Positions 28,511-37,085 of a DNA stretch of 64,000 nt are shown here, in pieces. The translations under genes and the position numbers were made by a program. The notes beneath the pieces are model-generated. The model saw only the letters and a program-made list of their open reading frames with translations. It ran no database searches and had not been told where the DNA came from. Position 1 is the stretch's first letter. Each line of letters starts with the position of its first letter. The stretch comes from Lachnospiraceae bacterium (lineage in GTDB: Bacteria > Bacillota > Clostridia > Lachnospirales > Lachnospiraceae): positions 164,063-228,062 of the forward strand of contig JAGBCB010000010.1 in the NCBI GenBank assembly GCA_017938145.1. The letters run 5' to 3'.

Positions 28511-29110
28511 ATGAAAATGTACTTTTACTACGGTGCCATGGGCTCCAGTAAAACAGCCAATGCTTTGATGACCAGATTCAGCTGGGAGGATAAAGGAAAA
28601 AAGGTTGCTCTTTTAAAGCCAAGCATTGACAATCGTGATGGTGTGGATATAGTAAAATCCCGTGCAGGGTTGATGGCGAAGGCAATATTGATTTATCCCG
28701 ACAGTAATATTTGCGACGTGCTTCCTGATCCGGTAGAAGAGTATGACAACTTAATTGTGGATGAGGCTCAGTTTTTAAGCAAGGCTCAGGTGGACGAGCT
28801 CCGGGAAATTGCAGATCATGGAACTTTTGTTATGTGTTATGGCTTAAAAGCCGACTTCCTTGGTAATTTGTTCGAAGGCTCCAAGCGCATTTTAGAGCTG
28901 GCGGATTCCCTTCGTGAAATTGTTACTATGTGTCCGTGCGGCAAAAAGGCAATCATGAATGCCCGCTACTCCGGCAATCGTATTTTGTATGAAGGAGAGC
29001 AGGTGGTAGTAGGCGGTAATGAGTCTTACATGGCGTTATGTCACCGTTGTTATAAGAAGGGTATTATTCCTTCGGAAGCGTTAGAAAATTTTACATTGGA
29101 AACGGATTAG
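28511..29110 (+). CDS. tdk: Thymidine kinase
   Basis: P-loop GAMGSSKT, VDEAQF, and zinc ribbon CPCGKKA...ALCHRCY. Confidence 0.92.
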   Translation: MKMYFYYGAMGSSKTANALMTRFSWEDKGKKVALLKPSIDNRDGVDIVKSRAGLMAKAILIYPDSNICDVLPDPVEEYDNLIVDEAQFLSKAQVDELREIADHGTFVMCYGLKADFLGNLFEGSKRILELADSLREIVTMCPCGKKAIMNARYSGNRILYEGEQVVVGGNESYMALCHRCYKKGIIPSEALENFTLETD

Positions 29111-29156
29111 GCAGTGCCTGCAATAATACAAGAGAAATTTGGAGGATAACATATAC

Positions 29157-29894
29157 ATGAAAAAAATAATGCAAAAATGGTGGTTACTTTTATTTGCTGC
29201 CGTATTTAGTTTTTCTATCATCGGCTGTGGCGATATAACCACCGGAAATGAAGAGCTCGACCAGGCCATTGTGGATATGGTTGTGGATGGAGTAAATTCT
29301 TATCTGGAGGATTCAGTAAACGGTGAAGATTCCGGTGATCTTTCTACAACAACAGGAGCTCCAACCCCTACGGAAAAGCCGGAACCTACTGCAACAAAGG
29401 CACCTACGCAGAAACCTACGGCAACTCCGAAGCCAACCAATACACCGAAGCCTACAAAGGCACCTACGGCAACTCCAAAGCCTACAGCTACACCAAAACC
29501 AACTGCTACACCAAAGCCTACAGCTACACCGACACCGGAACCTGCGATAGATGAAGATGGCTGGTATTACAGTAAGGATGATGTAGCACTTTATATTTAT
29601 ACTTACGGTAAGTTACCGGAAAACTTTATTACTAAGTCTGAGGCACAGGACCTTGGCTGGAGCGGCGGCAGCGTAGAAAAGTATAAAAAAGGTGCAGCCA
29701 TCGGCGGGGATAAATTCGGTAACTATGAAGGACTGCTGCCAAAGAAGAACGGTAGAAAGTATTATGAATGTGATATTGATACTAAAGGTAAGAACAGCCG
29801 CGGAGCAAAGCGTATTATTTTTTCCAACGATGGTCTGATTTATTATACAAGTGACCATTATGAGTCCTTTACTTTGCTTTATGGTGATGAATAA
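29157..29894 (+). CDS. Barnase-family secreted ribonuclease, predicted lipoprotein with a long Pro/Thr/Lys linker
   Basis: Lipobox SIIGC. The C-terminal domain aligns by eye to barnase: FITKSEAQDLGW (Lys27), YYECDI (Glu73), SRGAKR (Arg83/87), SDHYESF (His102). Confidence 0.85.
   Translation: MKKIMQKWWLLLFAAVFSFSIIGCGDITTGNEELDQAIVDMVVDGVNSYLEDSVNGEDSGDLSTTTGAPTPTEKPEPTATKAPTQKPTATPKPTNTPKPTKAPTATPKPTATPKPTATPKPTATPTPEPAIDEDGWYYSKDDVALYIYTYGKLPENFITKSEAQDLGWSGGSVEKYKKGAAIGGDKFGNYEGLLPKKNGRKYYECDIDTKGKNSRGAKRIIFSNDGLIYYTSDHYESFTLLYGDE
29358..29543 (+). repeat. Imperfect 18-nt tandem coding repeats (PTATPK units) forming the RNase linker
   Basis: About 6 units (CCTACGGCAACTCCGAAG, CCAACCAATACACCGAAG, CCTACAGCTACACCAAAA and similar) that differ mostly at synonymous sites. 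Confidence 0.85.
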
Positions 29895-29913
29895 TCTTAG
29901 GAGAGAAAGAATT

Positions 29914-30183
29914 ATGCAGGTAATTATTGACGGTAGAAATATGAAAGATAAGCAGACATTACATGTTTATTTAAAGGAACAATGCAAGTTTCCGGAGTAT
30001 TACGGAAATAATTTAGATGCACTGTATGATGTGTTGACCGACAGAGAAGAACCTTTAGAAATCAAGTTGGAACATGCAGATGAATTAAAGGAAATTCTTT
30101 GCGGATACGGAGAGGCTTTTATAGAGACATTGGAAGATGCGGCGGCTGCAAGTAAAAATTTCAAGTTGGAAATAAAACAGTAA
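29914..30183 (+). CDS. Barstar (barnase inhibitor)
   Basis: 89 aa. MQVIIDGRNMKDKQTLHVYLKEQCKFPEYYGNNLDALYDVLTD matches the barstar N-terminal helix, including the inhibitory Asp in LDAL. GGAGAG RBS. The ORF-track start at 29851 is rejected. Confidence 0.88.
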   Translation: MQVIIDGRNMKDKQTLHVYLKEQCKFPEYYGNNLDALYDVLTDREEPLEIKLEHADELKEILCGYGEAFIETLEDAAAASKNFKLEIKQ

Positions 30184-30189
30184 AAAATA

Positions 30190-30218
30190 TTGACAACCGA
30201 GGAAACGAAGACTATAAT
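30190..30218 (+). promoter_or_regulatory. Exact-consensus sigma-A promoter
   Basis: TTGACA, 17 nt spacer, TATAAT. Confidence 0.7.
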
Positions 30219-30268
30219 TACCCTTGTAATTATTAACTTTTGTTTTCTATGGTTAGGAGGCGATTATT

Positions 30269-30328
30269 ATGACAATCTTATTTAGGTCGGATGTTGTATT
30301 GGTCGCTGGTAGTCTGTGCAGGTTTTAA
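30269..30328 (+). CDS. 19-codon small ORF (MTILFRSDVVLVAGSLCRF); leader peptide or small protein, function unknown
   Basis: AGGAGG lies 8 nt upstream of the ATG. The ORF sits between a consensus promoter and an intrinsic terminator. It is below the ORF-track length cutoff. Confidence 0.45.
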   Translation: MTILFRSDVVLVAGSLCRF

Positions 30329-30354
30329 CTGTATAGTATTTTTAGTGTAATTTT

Positions 30355-30385
30355 AGCACATCCGAAAGGGTGTGCTTTTTTATTT
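30355..30385 (+). terminator. Rho-independent terminator closing the micro-transcription unit
   Basis: AGCACATCC-GAAA-GGGTGTGCT (9 bp, GNRA-like loop), followed by TTTTTTATTT. Confidence 0.8.
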
Positions 30386-30504
30386 CAATCAAACTCTTAA
30401 AATAAATATGTAAAATCGGGATCCGTAGTATTTCCGGCTTAAATAAGTCTTTCTAATTTTATATTCCCAAACAAAACAACATAATAAGAAAGGGGTATGA
30501 TGCC

Positions 30505-32289
30505 TTGAAAAGACTGAAACACAAAATTTTAAGCATGGAAGCAAACACGCAAACCTATAGTGCTATGTATGAAGGAAGCATGTTTGTGCATCCGTACACA
30601 GTAAATGAACTTCCGTGGGAGGAACATGACAGTACCTATTACAGGAAGGATATCGGATACCACATTGAAAGAACCCATAAGTTGGCACTGGATAAGCCAA
30701 CCATTACGGTTTCCATACCGGTACGTCTGCTTGGACTTACAGAAACAAATACAGCAGGAGCAGATTTTTGCCTGAGAACATTTCTACCATATATTGATGA
30801 ACTGAATGAACCTCTCTATAACCGGAACCGCCCGGACAAAGAAAAAGGAAAATATTATTGCTACTCACCGGGAGGAGAAGTGTTAAAACGGAATTCCTCG
30901 TATTTCAAAGTATGCTATAAAAAGGATTATACTGTCGGAAGCGGAAATGTTGTATATCAGATACGTCCTGAGGAGGCTGGGGAACCGGAACTTTGTCTTT
31001 GTCTGATGCTTCAGGTACAGCTGCCGGAAAAAAGATTAAAAAAGACACTCCGAATGTTGACGCAGGATTTACCGGATGCAGTAGACCGCTATATTATGGA
31101 ATTTAAAAAACAAGAGTACCAGGAGGCAGTGGAGCTTTCCAAGTTGCAAAGCGAGATTCGGGCATGGTTAAAGAACAGTGATTACTGTTCCTTTCTTGCA
31201 AACGGCAGTGTCTTGCCAAGGGAAGGTGGAAGTGATTTACCGATGCAGGGAGCATTACCGTTTATGTCTACACCCGAGGATGAAATAGAAATATTCGGAG
31301 TACGAGGTATGGGAATTAAACGAGGTGTTACGGTAATCACCGGAGGAGGTTATTCCGGGAAATCAACGCTTTTGGAGGCAATATCAGCTGGCGTGTATGA
31401 CCATGTAAGGGGAGACGGAAGAGAGCTTTGTATTACAGATTCCTCTGCTATGGGAATTTCAGCAGAGGATGGACGAAGTATTAAAAATGTCAATATTTCG
31501 CCGTTTATCAAATGGATTCCGGAAAAAGATACCAAACATTTTTCCACCATGCGGGCTTCCGGCTCCACTTCCCAGGCGGCAAATATTATGGAAGCAGTAA
31601 ATTATGGAAGCAAATTGCTTCTGGTGGATGAGGACCGCAGTGCAACAAATTTCATGATACGGGACAGCCTGATGCGTAAGCTTGTGAAAAAGGAACCGAT
31701 TACACCATTTACAGAACGTGTCAAGGAATTGTATCACCGGAAGGGTGTTTCTTCCATTCTGGTAATCGGAGGTAGCGGGGAATATTTGTCGGTGGCAGAT
31801 AAGGTGTATCTGATGGAAGATTACCGTATTTGTGAGGTTACCGAAGAAGCAAAGAACCTTGGAGCAACTTTGGGACAAAAGGAGAAAGAAGAATTAAAGG
31901 AAGCCGGTTGGGAATTGGAACGTATACTTAGCATGGACGGTTTTTCCTCCTTTGCACCTGAGCTGGGAATGGAACGTCTGGAGGTTACGGATATGGGAAT
32001 TATTTATCTTGGTGAGGAAGCACTTGACTTACGCCTGTTGTCCGGTCTTATAACTCAGGCGCAACGGAATATGACCGGATTTTTGATACGATATATGGAA
32101 GCATCGTTGAATGAACATGTTTTATATCCTGAAAAAAGGCTGGAGGAGCTCTATCAAAAAATTGAGGACGAAGGCTTGGACAGTATCTTTTCCAATTATT
32201 TTACAAAGTGTGAACGGTTTCTGGATTTACCGAGGAAGGAGGATGTACTTGCGGCTATCAACCGTATGCGGAAGGTTACATTTTTATGA
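30505..32289 (+). CDS. ABC-class ATPase of unknown function (COG3044 / Pfam ABC_ATPase-like)
   Basis: 594 aa. Walker A GGGYSGKST and Walker B LLLVDEDRSATNF lie in the central domain, with long N- and C-terminal extensions and no TM segments. TTG start 8 nt after AAAGGGG. Confidence 0.7.
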   Translation: MKRLKHKILSMEANTQTYSAMYEGSMFVHPYTVNELPWEEHDSTYYRKDIGYHIERTHKLALDKPTITVSIPVRLLGLTETNTAGADFCLRTFLPYIDELNEPLYNRNRPDKEKGKYYCYSPGGEVLKRNSSYFKVCYKKDYTVGSGNVVYQIRPEEAGEPELCLCLMLQVQLPEKRLKKTLRMLTQDLPDAVDRYIMEFKKQEYQEAVELSKLQSEIRAWLKNSDYCSFLANGSVLPREGGSDLPMQGALPFMSTPEDEIEIFGVRGMGIKRGVTVITGGGYSGKSTLLEAISAGVYDHVRGDGRELCITDSSAMGISAEDGRSIKNVNISPFIKWIPEKDTKHFSTMRASGSTSQAANIMEAVNYGSKLLLVDEDRSATNFMIRDSLMRKLVKKEPITPFTERVKELYHRKGVSSILVIGGSGEYLSVADKVYLMEDYRICEVTEEAKNLGATLGQKEKEELKEAGWELERILSMDGFSSFAPELGMERLEVTDMGIIYLGEEALDLRLLSGLITQAQRNMTGFLIRYMEASLNEHVLYPEKRLEELYQKIEDEGLDSIFSNYFTKCERFLDLPRKEDVLAAINRMRKVTFL

Positions 32290-32299
32290 TAAATACTAA

Positions 32300-32328
32300 T
32301 TGACAAACTCCGGGTAAAATCTTATACT
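32300..32328 (+). promoter_or_regulatory. Sigma-A promoter of alaS
   Basis: TTGACA, 17 nt spacer, TATACT. Confidence 0.6.
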
Positions 32329-32396
32329 AAGATATTAGTGAAAATAGAATCTTTTTACGGTTTTCCGTATTTTAAGTACAAGGAGGATTAACACGT

Positions 32397-35051
32397 ATGA
32401 AACCATATGGTGTAAATGATTTAAGAAGAATGTACCTTGAATTTTTTGAAAGCAAGGAACATTTACGTTTAAAGAGTTTCTCTTTAATTCCGCACAATGA
32501 CAAGAGCTTACTGCTCATTAACTCCGGTATGGCTCCTATGAAGCCTTACTTCACCGGTCAGGAAATTCCGCCAAGAAAGCGCGTTACCACCTGCCAGAAG
32601 TGTATCCGTACCGGCGATATTGAAAACGTAGGTAAGACAGCAAGACATCTTACTTTCTTCGAAATGCTCGGTAACTTCTCCTTCGGTGATTATTTCAAGA
32701 AGGAAGCTATCCACTGGTCCTGGGAGTTCTTAACCGAAGTAGTAGGTCTTGAAAAGGACCGTTTATACCCATCCATCTTCAGCGAAGATGATGAAGCATT
32801 TGAAATCTGGACAAAGCAGGAGGGCGTTGCTCCGGAAAAGATTACCCGTTTCTATCGTGATGAAAACGGCGACTGCGACAACTTCTGGGAGCACGGCGCA
32901 GGTCCTTGCGGTCCTTGTTCCGAGATTTACTATGACCGTGGTATCAAGTATGGCTGCGGTAAGCCTGACTGTAAGGTAGGCTGTGAGTGCGACCGTTTCA
33001 TCGAGGTTTGGAACAACGTATTCACCCAGTTTGAAAGTGACGGAAATCACAATTATACAGAATTAACACAGAAGAACATCGATACCGGTATGGGTCTCGA
33101 GCGTCTTGCTGTAGTAGTTCAGGATGTAACTTCCGTATTTGATATTGATACCATGAAAGCAATCCGTGATAAGGTTTGTGAAATGGCCGGCGTTACTTAT
33201 CAGACCGATGATAAGAAGGACGTTTCTATTCGTTTGATTACCGACCATATCCGTTCCGTAACCTTTATGACCTCCGACGGTATTATTCCATCCAACGAAG
33301 GTCGTGGCTACGTACTCAGAAGACTTCTCCGTCGTGCGGCAAGACACGGAAGATTACTTGGCATCGACGGTTTATTCTTAGCAAAGCTTTGCGAAACCGT
33401 TATTAACGAGTCCAAGGACGGTTATCCGGAATTAGAAGAAAAGAGAGAGTATATTTTAAAGGTATTAACTCTCGAAGAAGAAAAGTTTAACAAGACTATT
33501 GACCAGGGTCTTTCCATTTTATCTGATATGGAAGAAGCTTGTCAGAAGGCAGGTTCCACCGTACTTTCCGGTGATGACGCTTTTAAGCTTTATGATACTT
33601 ACGGCTTCCCAATCGATTTAACGGAAGAAATCCTGGCGGAAAAGGGATTCACCATCGATATGGACGGCTTTAAAAAGGCAATGCAGGTGCAGAAGGATAC
33701 TGCACGTAATGCCCGTGCAACCACAAACTATATGGGTGCGGATGCAACCGTATACGATGAAATTGATGCAGCTATTACAACCGAATTTGTCGGTTATACC
33801 AATAACAGCTATGTGTCCGAAATTACAGTTCTGACTACAGAAACTGAAATCGTGAAAGACATTACCGAAGGCCAGAACGCAACCATTATTGTAAAGGAAA
33901 CTCCATTCTACGCAACCATGGGTGGTCAGCAGGCAGATAAGGGTGTTATCACAAAGGATGAATCCGTATTTGTTGTTACCGATACCATTAAGCTGAAGGG
34001 TGGTAAGGTTGGACATGTAGGTTACGTGCAGAACGGTATGTTCTCTGTAGGCGACAAGGTTCAGCTTGGCATTGATGAGAAGAACCGTGTGGCTACCGGT
34101 AAGAACCACAGTGCAACCCATTTACTTCAGGAAGCACTCCGCATCGTTCTCGGTAACCATGTAGAGCAGGCAGGTTCCCTTGTTACTGCAGACAGACTCC
34201 GTTTCGACTTTACCCATTTCTCCGCATTAACAAAGGAAGAAATTGCTAAGGTAGAAGCAATTGTTAACGAAGAAATTGCCAAGAACCTTGTAATTGAAAC
34301 CAAGGAAATGAGCATCGATGATGCAAGAAAGACCGGCGCAAAGGCTCTGTTTGGCGAAAAGTACGGTGATACCGTAAGAGTAGTAAGCATGGGCGAATTC
34401 TCCAAGGAACTTTGCGGTGGTACCCACGTAAATAACACCGGTGTAATCTCCGTATTTAAGATTTTATCAGAATCCGGTATTGCAGCAGGTGTAAGACGTA
34501 TCGAAGCAATTACTGCTGATGGTGTATTTGACTACTACAAGAAGCAGGAAGAAGAGTTACTTGCCGCTGCAAAGGCTGCAAAGTGTGATGTAGCTTCTCT
34601 TGTGAAGAAGATTGAAGCAATGCAGGAAGAATTAAAGGCTGCTCATTCCGAAAACGAAAAGTTAAAAGCTAAGCTTGCTAACAATTCTCTTGGTGATATT
34701 ATGAACCAGGTAAAGGAATTAAATGGTATTAAGGTGCTTTGTGCTAAGCTTCCTGATGCTGATATGAATGCACTCCGTAACCTTGGTGACCAGATGAAGG
34801 ATAAGCTTGGTGACAGCGTGATCTTACTTGTTTCTGCATTAGACGGTAAAGTAAATTTAGTTTCCATGGCTACCGATGCTGCAATGGCCAAGGGCGCTCA
34901 TGCAGGTAATCTCATTAAGGAAGTGGCTTCCTTAGTAGGCGGTGGCGGCGGTGGTCGTCCAAACATGGCACAGGCCGGCGGTAAGAATCCTGCAGGCATC
35001 GATGCTGCAATTGCAAAGGCATATACCGTACTGGAAGGTCAGTTAGCATAG
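32397..35051 (+). CDS. alaS: Alanine--tRNA ligase
   Basis: 884 aa. FFEMLGNFSFGDYFK, an editing domain with HSATHLL, and C-terminal GGGGGGRPNMAQAGG (DHHA1). Confidence 0.97.
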   Translation: MKPYGVNDLRRMYLEFFESKEHLRLKSFSLIPHNDKSLLLINSGMAPMKPYFTGQEIPPRKRVTTCQKCIRTGDIENVGKTARHLTFFEMLGNFSFGDYFKKEAIHWSWEFLTEVVGLEKDRLYPSIFSEDDEAFEIWTKQEGVAPEKITRFYRDENGDCDNFWEHGAGPCGPCSEIYYDRGIKYGCGKPDCKVGCECDRFIEVWNNVFTQFESDGNHNYTELTQKNIDTGMGLERLAVVVQDVTSVFDIDTMKAIRDKVCEMAGVTYQTDDKKDVSIRLITDHIRSVTFMTSDGIIPSNEGRGYVLRRLLRRAARHGRLLGIDGLFLAKLCETVINESKDGYPELEEKREYILKVLTLEEEKFNKTIDQGLSILSDMEEACQKAGSTVLSGDDAFKLYDTYGFPIDLTEEILAEKGFTIDMDGFKKAMQVQKDTARNARATTNYMGADATVYDEIDAAITTEFVGYTNNSYVSEITVLTTETEIVKDITEGQNATIIVKETPFYATMGGQQADKGVITKDESVFVVTDTIKLKGGKVGHVGYVQNGMFSVGDKVQLGIDEKNRVATGKNHSATHLLQEALRIVLGNHVEQAGSLVTADRLRFDFTHFSALTKEEIAKVEAIVNEEIAKNLVIETKEMSIDDARKTGAKALFGEKYGDTVRVVSMGEFSKELCGGTHVNNTGVISVFKILSESGIAAGVRRIEAITADGVFDYYKKQEEELLAAAKAAKCDVASLVKKIEAMQEELKAAHSENEKLKAKLANNSLGDIMNQVKELNGIKVLCAKLPDADMNALRNLGDQMKDKLGDSVILLVSALDGKVNLVSMATDAAMAKGAHAGNLIKEVASLVGGGGGGRPNMAQAGGKNPAGIDAAIAKAYTVLEGQLA

Positions 35052-35105
35052 TTAATTCGGCTGTTGTTCTGCATTAAAAAATGTTTTAAAATCATAAAAA
35101 AACAG

Positions 35106-35133
35106 TTGACGAATGTAGAATTTATGGTATAAT
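35106..35133 (+). promoter_or_regulatory. Sigma-A promoter of rpsU (extended -10)
   Basis: TTGACG, 16 nt spacer, TGG-TATAAT. Confidence 0.6.
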
Positions 35134-35208
35134 CTTCATAGTGCTTTAAAAAATACCCAAACAGTTGTATAGGCACAATACACAACTGGAGGGAGGTTAG
35201 GTGAGAAA

Positions 35209-35382
35209 ATGTCAAATGTAATCGTTAAAGAAGGCGAATCTTTAGACAGCGCTCTCCGCAGATTCAAGAGAAACTGTGCGAAGGCTGGTATTCAGCAGGA
35301 GATTCGTAAGCGTGAGCATTACGAAAAGCCAAGCGTAAAGCGTAAGAAAAAGTCTGAGGCTGCTCGTAAGCGTAAATACTAA
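35209..35382 (+). CDS. rpsU: 30S ribosomal protein S21
   Basis: 57 aa: [57 protein letters not shown]. Not in the ORF track (under 60 aa). GGAGGGAGG RBS. Confidence 0.95.
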   Translation: MSNVIVKEGESLDSALRRFKRNCAKAGIQQEIRKREHYEKPSVKRKKKSEAARKRKY

Positions 35383-35394
35383 TATCTTGTGCAC

Positions 35395-35427
35395 AAAACC
35401 CTTAGTCATACGACTAAGGGTTTTTTT
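35395..35427 (+). terminator. Rho-independent terminator after rpsU
   Basis: AAAACCCTTAGTC-ATAC-GACTAAGGGTTTT plus a T-run. Confidence 0.85.
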
Positions 35428-35475
35428 CATGCCTTTTTGCATATACTGTAAAGATATAAATTTCCGGGAGCATTC

Positions 35476-35853
35476 GTGGTGAAAACACCATCCAAACATA
35501 AACGAAATAAAAAAGAATTAAATCCTCTCTATTCCTACATAAAAGTAACAGAAAAAGAACGAAAAAAAGAATATGAACAATTTTTAGAACATGCCAGTGA
35601 AAGTCTATCCATTCCCAAGGATGTGATTGCCGGTCAGCCGATGATTCATTTAAACGGGAATCATAGTATCCGGGTAGTAAATTACCGTTCGGTAGAAGAA
35701 TACACAACGGAACTTATCAGGTTATCCCTTGGTAAAAAGCATATGGAAATTTGCGGAAAACAATTATTAATAGAATCACTACGGAAAGAGGAAATAATTA
35801 TTGTCGGAAATATTTTAAATATATCTTTTGAAGGTTTGAGGCAAACGATATGA
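35476..35853 (+). CDS. yqfC: Sporulation protein YqfC (YabP family)
   Basis: IPKDVIAGQPMIHLNGNHSIRVVNYRSVEEYTTELIRL matches the YabP/YqfC pattern. Synteny with yqfD-phoH-ybeY as in Bacillus. The GTG start is uncertain. Confidence 0.75.
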   Translation: MVKTPSKHKRNKKELNPLYSYIKVTEKERKKEYEQFLEHASESLSIPKDVIAGQPMIHLNGNHSIRVVNYRSVEEYTTELIRLSLGKKHMEICGKQLLIESLRKEEIIIVGNILNISFEGLRQTI

Positions 35854-37085
35854 TAGAAAAATTATTTTACTTTTTACAGGGATATTTAATACTGGAACTG
35901 TGTGGTGATTCGAAAGAAAGATTTATAAATTTGTGTAAAAATAAAGAAATTGAAATGACGCAAATTTTTATGATTAATAAACAATGGTTTTGTAAAATAA
36001 AATGCAGGGATTTTATAAAAATAAAGACATTTATAAAAAAGACAGGCTGTATGTGTAAGATAAAGAAGAAGTGTGGCTTGCCGTTTGTGCTTCGAAAAAT
36101 AAAATCGAGAAAAGGTATTCTAATGGGAAGTGTTCTTTTTTATATAATTCTTACGCAATGCTCAGGAAGGATATGGAATATCAGTGTAGACGGTGGATTT
36201 TTGCATACCAGGGAACAGATTCTTCAGGTAATGGCAGAGGAACTTGGTGTATACGGAGGAATTTCCGGCAGTCAAATTGACTGCTTTGAAATCGAGAAAA
36301 AATTACGGCTGGATTATAATGAAATTGGTTGGATTTCAGTAGAAAAAAAGGGTTGCAAGCTTCATGTCATGTTAAATGAAAGTACAATGCCAAAAGAATC
36401 CGTACAAAGAGAATATGCAGCTCATATTGTTGCAGAACACGATGGTATTGTCCGGAAGGTGGAAGTAATGTCCGGAGTGCCTATGGTAACAGCCGGGGAT
36501 GAAGTAAAAAAAGGAGATATTCTGATTTCCGGCATACTCACTTTTGAAGGAGATTATGATGAAATTATACGGAAAGAACCGGTGGGGGCAGAAGGAAAGG
36601 TCTATTTGGAGAGTGATTTTTCCTATCAAGCAGGATATTCTTTGACTTACGAACAAAAAAATTATAAAAACAAACGGTATGGTCTTGAATTTTTTATGTT
36701 TGATAAAAAAATATTTTCATATATCCCTAGATATTCTGAGGGGAAATATGATATAATGTCTATTGATATTGTTCCTTTTTGCTTTGAAGATTACAAGGTG
36801 CCTGTTTTATTTAAAAAATATAAGCTTCTTGCCTATGATTCCGAGCTGATTAAGTTAACAGAAACCGAATTATCCGATAAGATAAAAAATGATTGGAATG
36901 AATTTTTAGCTGATTGGGAAAAGCAAGGAGTACAGATTATACGGAATTCTTATACGACTGATTCGATGCTAAAAAAATGTATAGTAAACGGAACAATAAC
37001 CGCATGCGGAAATTTTATCTCTTATCAGGAGATTTTAGAAGAGGAGTGGAAAAATAAAGATGAATATAGTGGAAACAATCCTTAA
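35850..37085 (+). CDS. yqfD: Sporulation protein YqfD (stage IV sporulation-like)
   Basis: 411 aa. Start overlaps the yqfC stop by 4 nt. Central TM segment (GILMGSVLFYIILT). Size and position match YqfD. Confidence 0.75.
   Translation: MIEKLFYFLQGYLILELCGDSKERFINLCKNKEIEMTQIFMINKQWFCKIKCRDFIKIKTFIKKTGCMCKIKKKCGLPFVLRKIKSRKGILMGSVLFYIILTQCSGRIWNISVDGGFLHTREQILQVMAEELGVYGGISGSQIDCFEIEKKLRLDYNEIGWISVEKKGCKLHVMLNESTMPKESVQREYAAHIVAEHDGIVRKVEVMSGVPMVTAGDEVKKGDILISGILTFEGDYDEIIRKEPVGAEGKVYLESDFSYQAGYSLTYEQKNYKNKRYGLEFFMFDKKIFSYIPRYSEGKYDIMSIDIVPFCFEDYKVPVLFKKYKLLAYDSELIKLTETELSDKIKNDWNEFLADWEKQGVQIIRNSYTTDSMLKKCIVNGTITACGNFISYQEILEEEWKNKDEYSGNNP

Noticed and set aside
32290-32396. Possible T-box or other riboswitch upstream of alaS.
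   Set aside because: Only about 65 nt separate the -10 element from the ATG, which is too short for a T-box. I saw no specifier-loop or T-box sequence and no terminator/antiterminator pair.
37060-37085. 26-nt overlap of yqfD and phoH, considered as a programmed frameshift or fusion.
   Set aside because: phoH has its own ATG and an N-terminus homologous to PhoH proteins. There is no slippery heptamer, and the overlap is ordinary operon packing.
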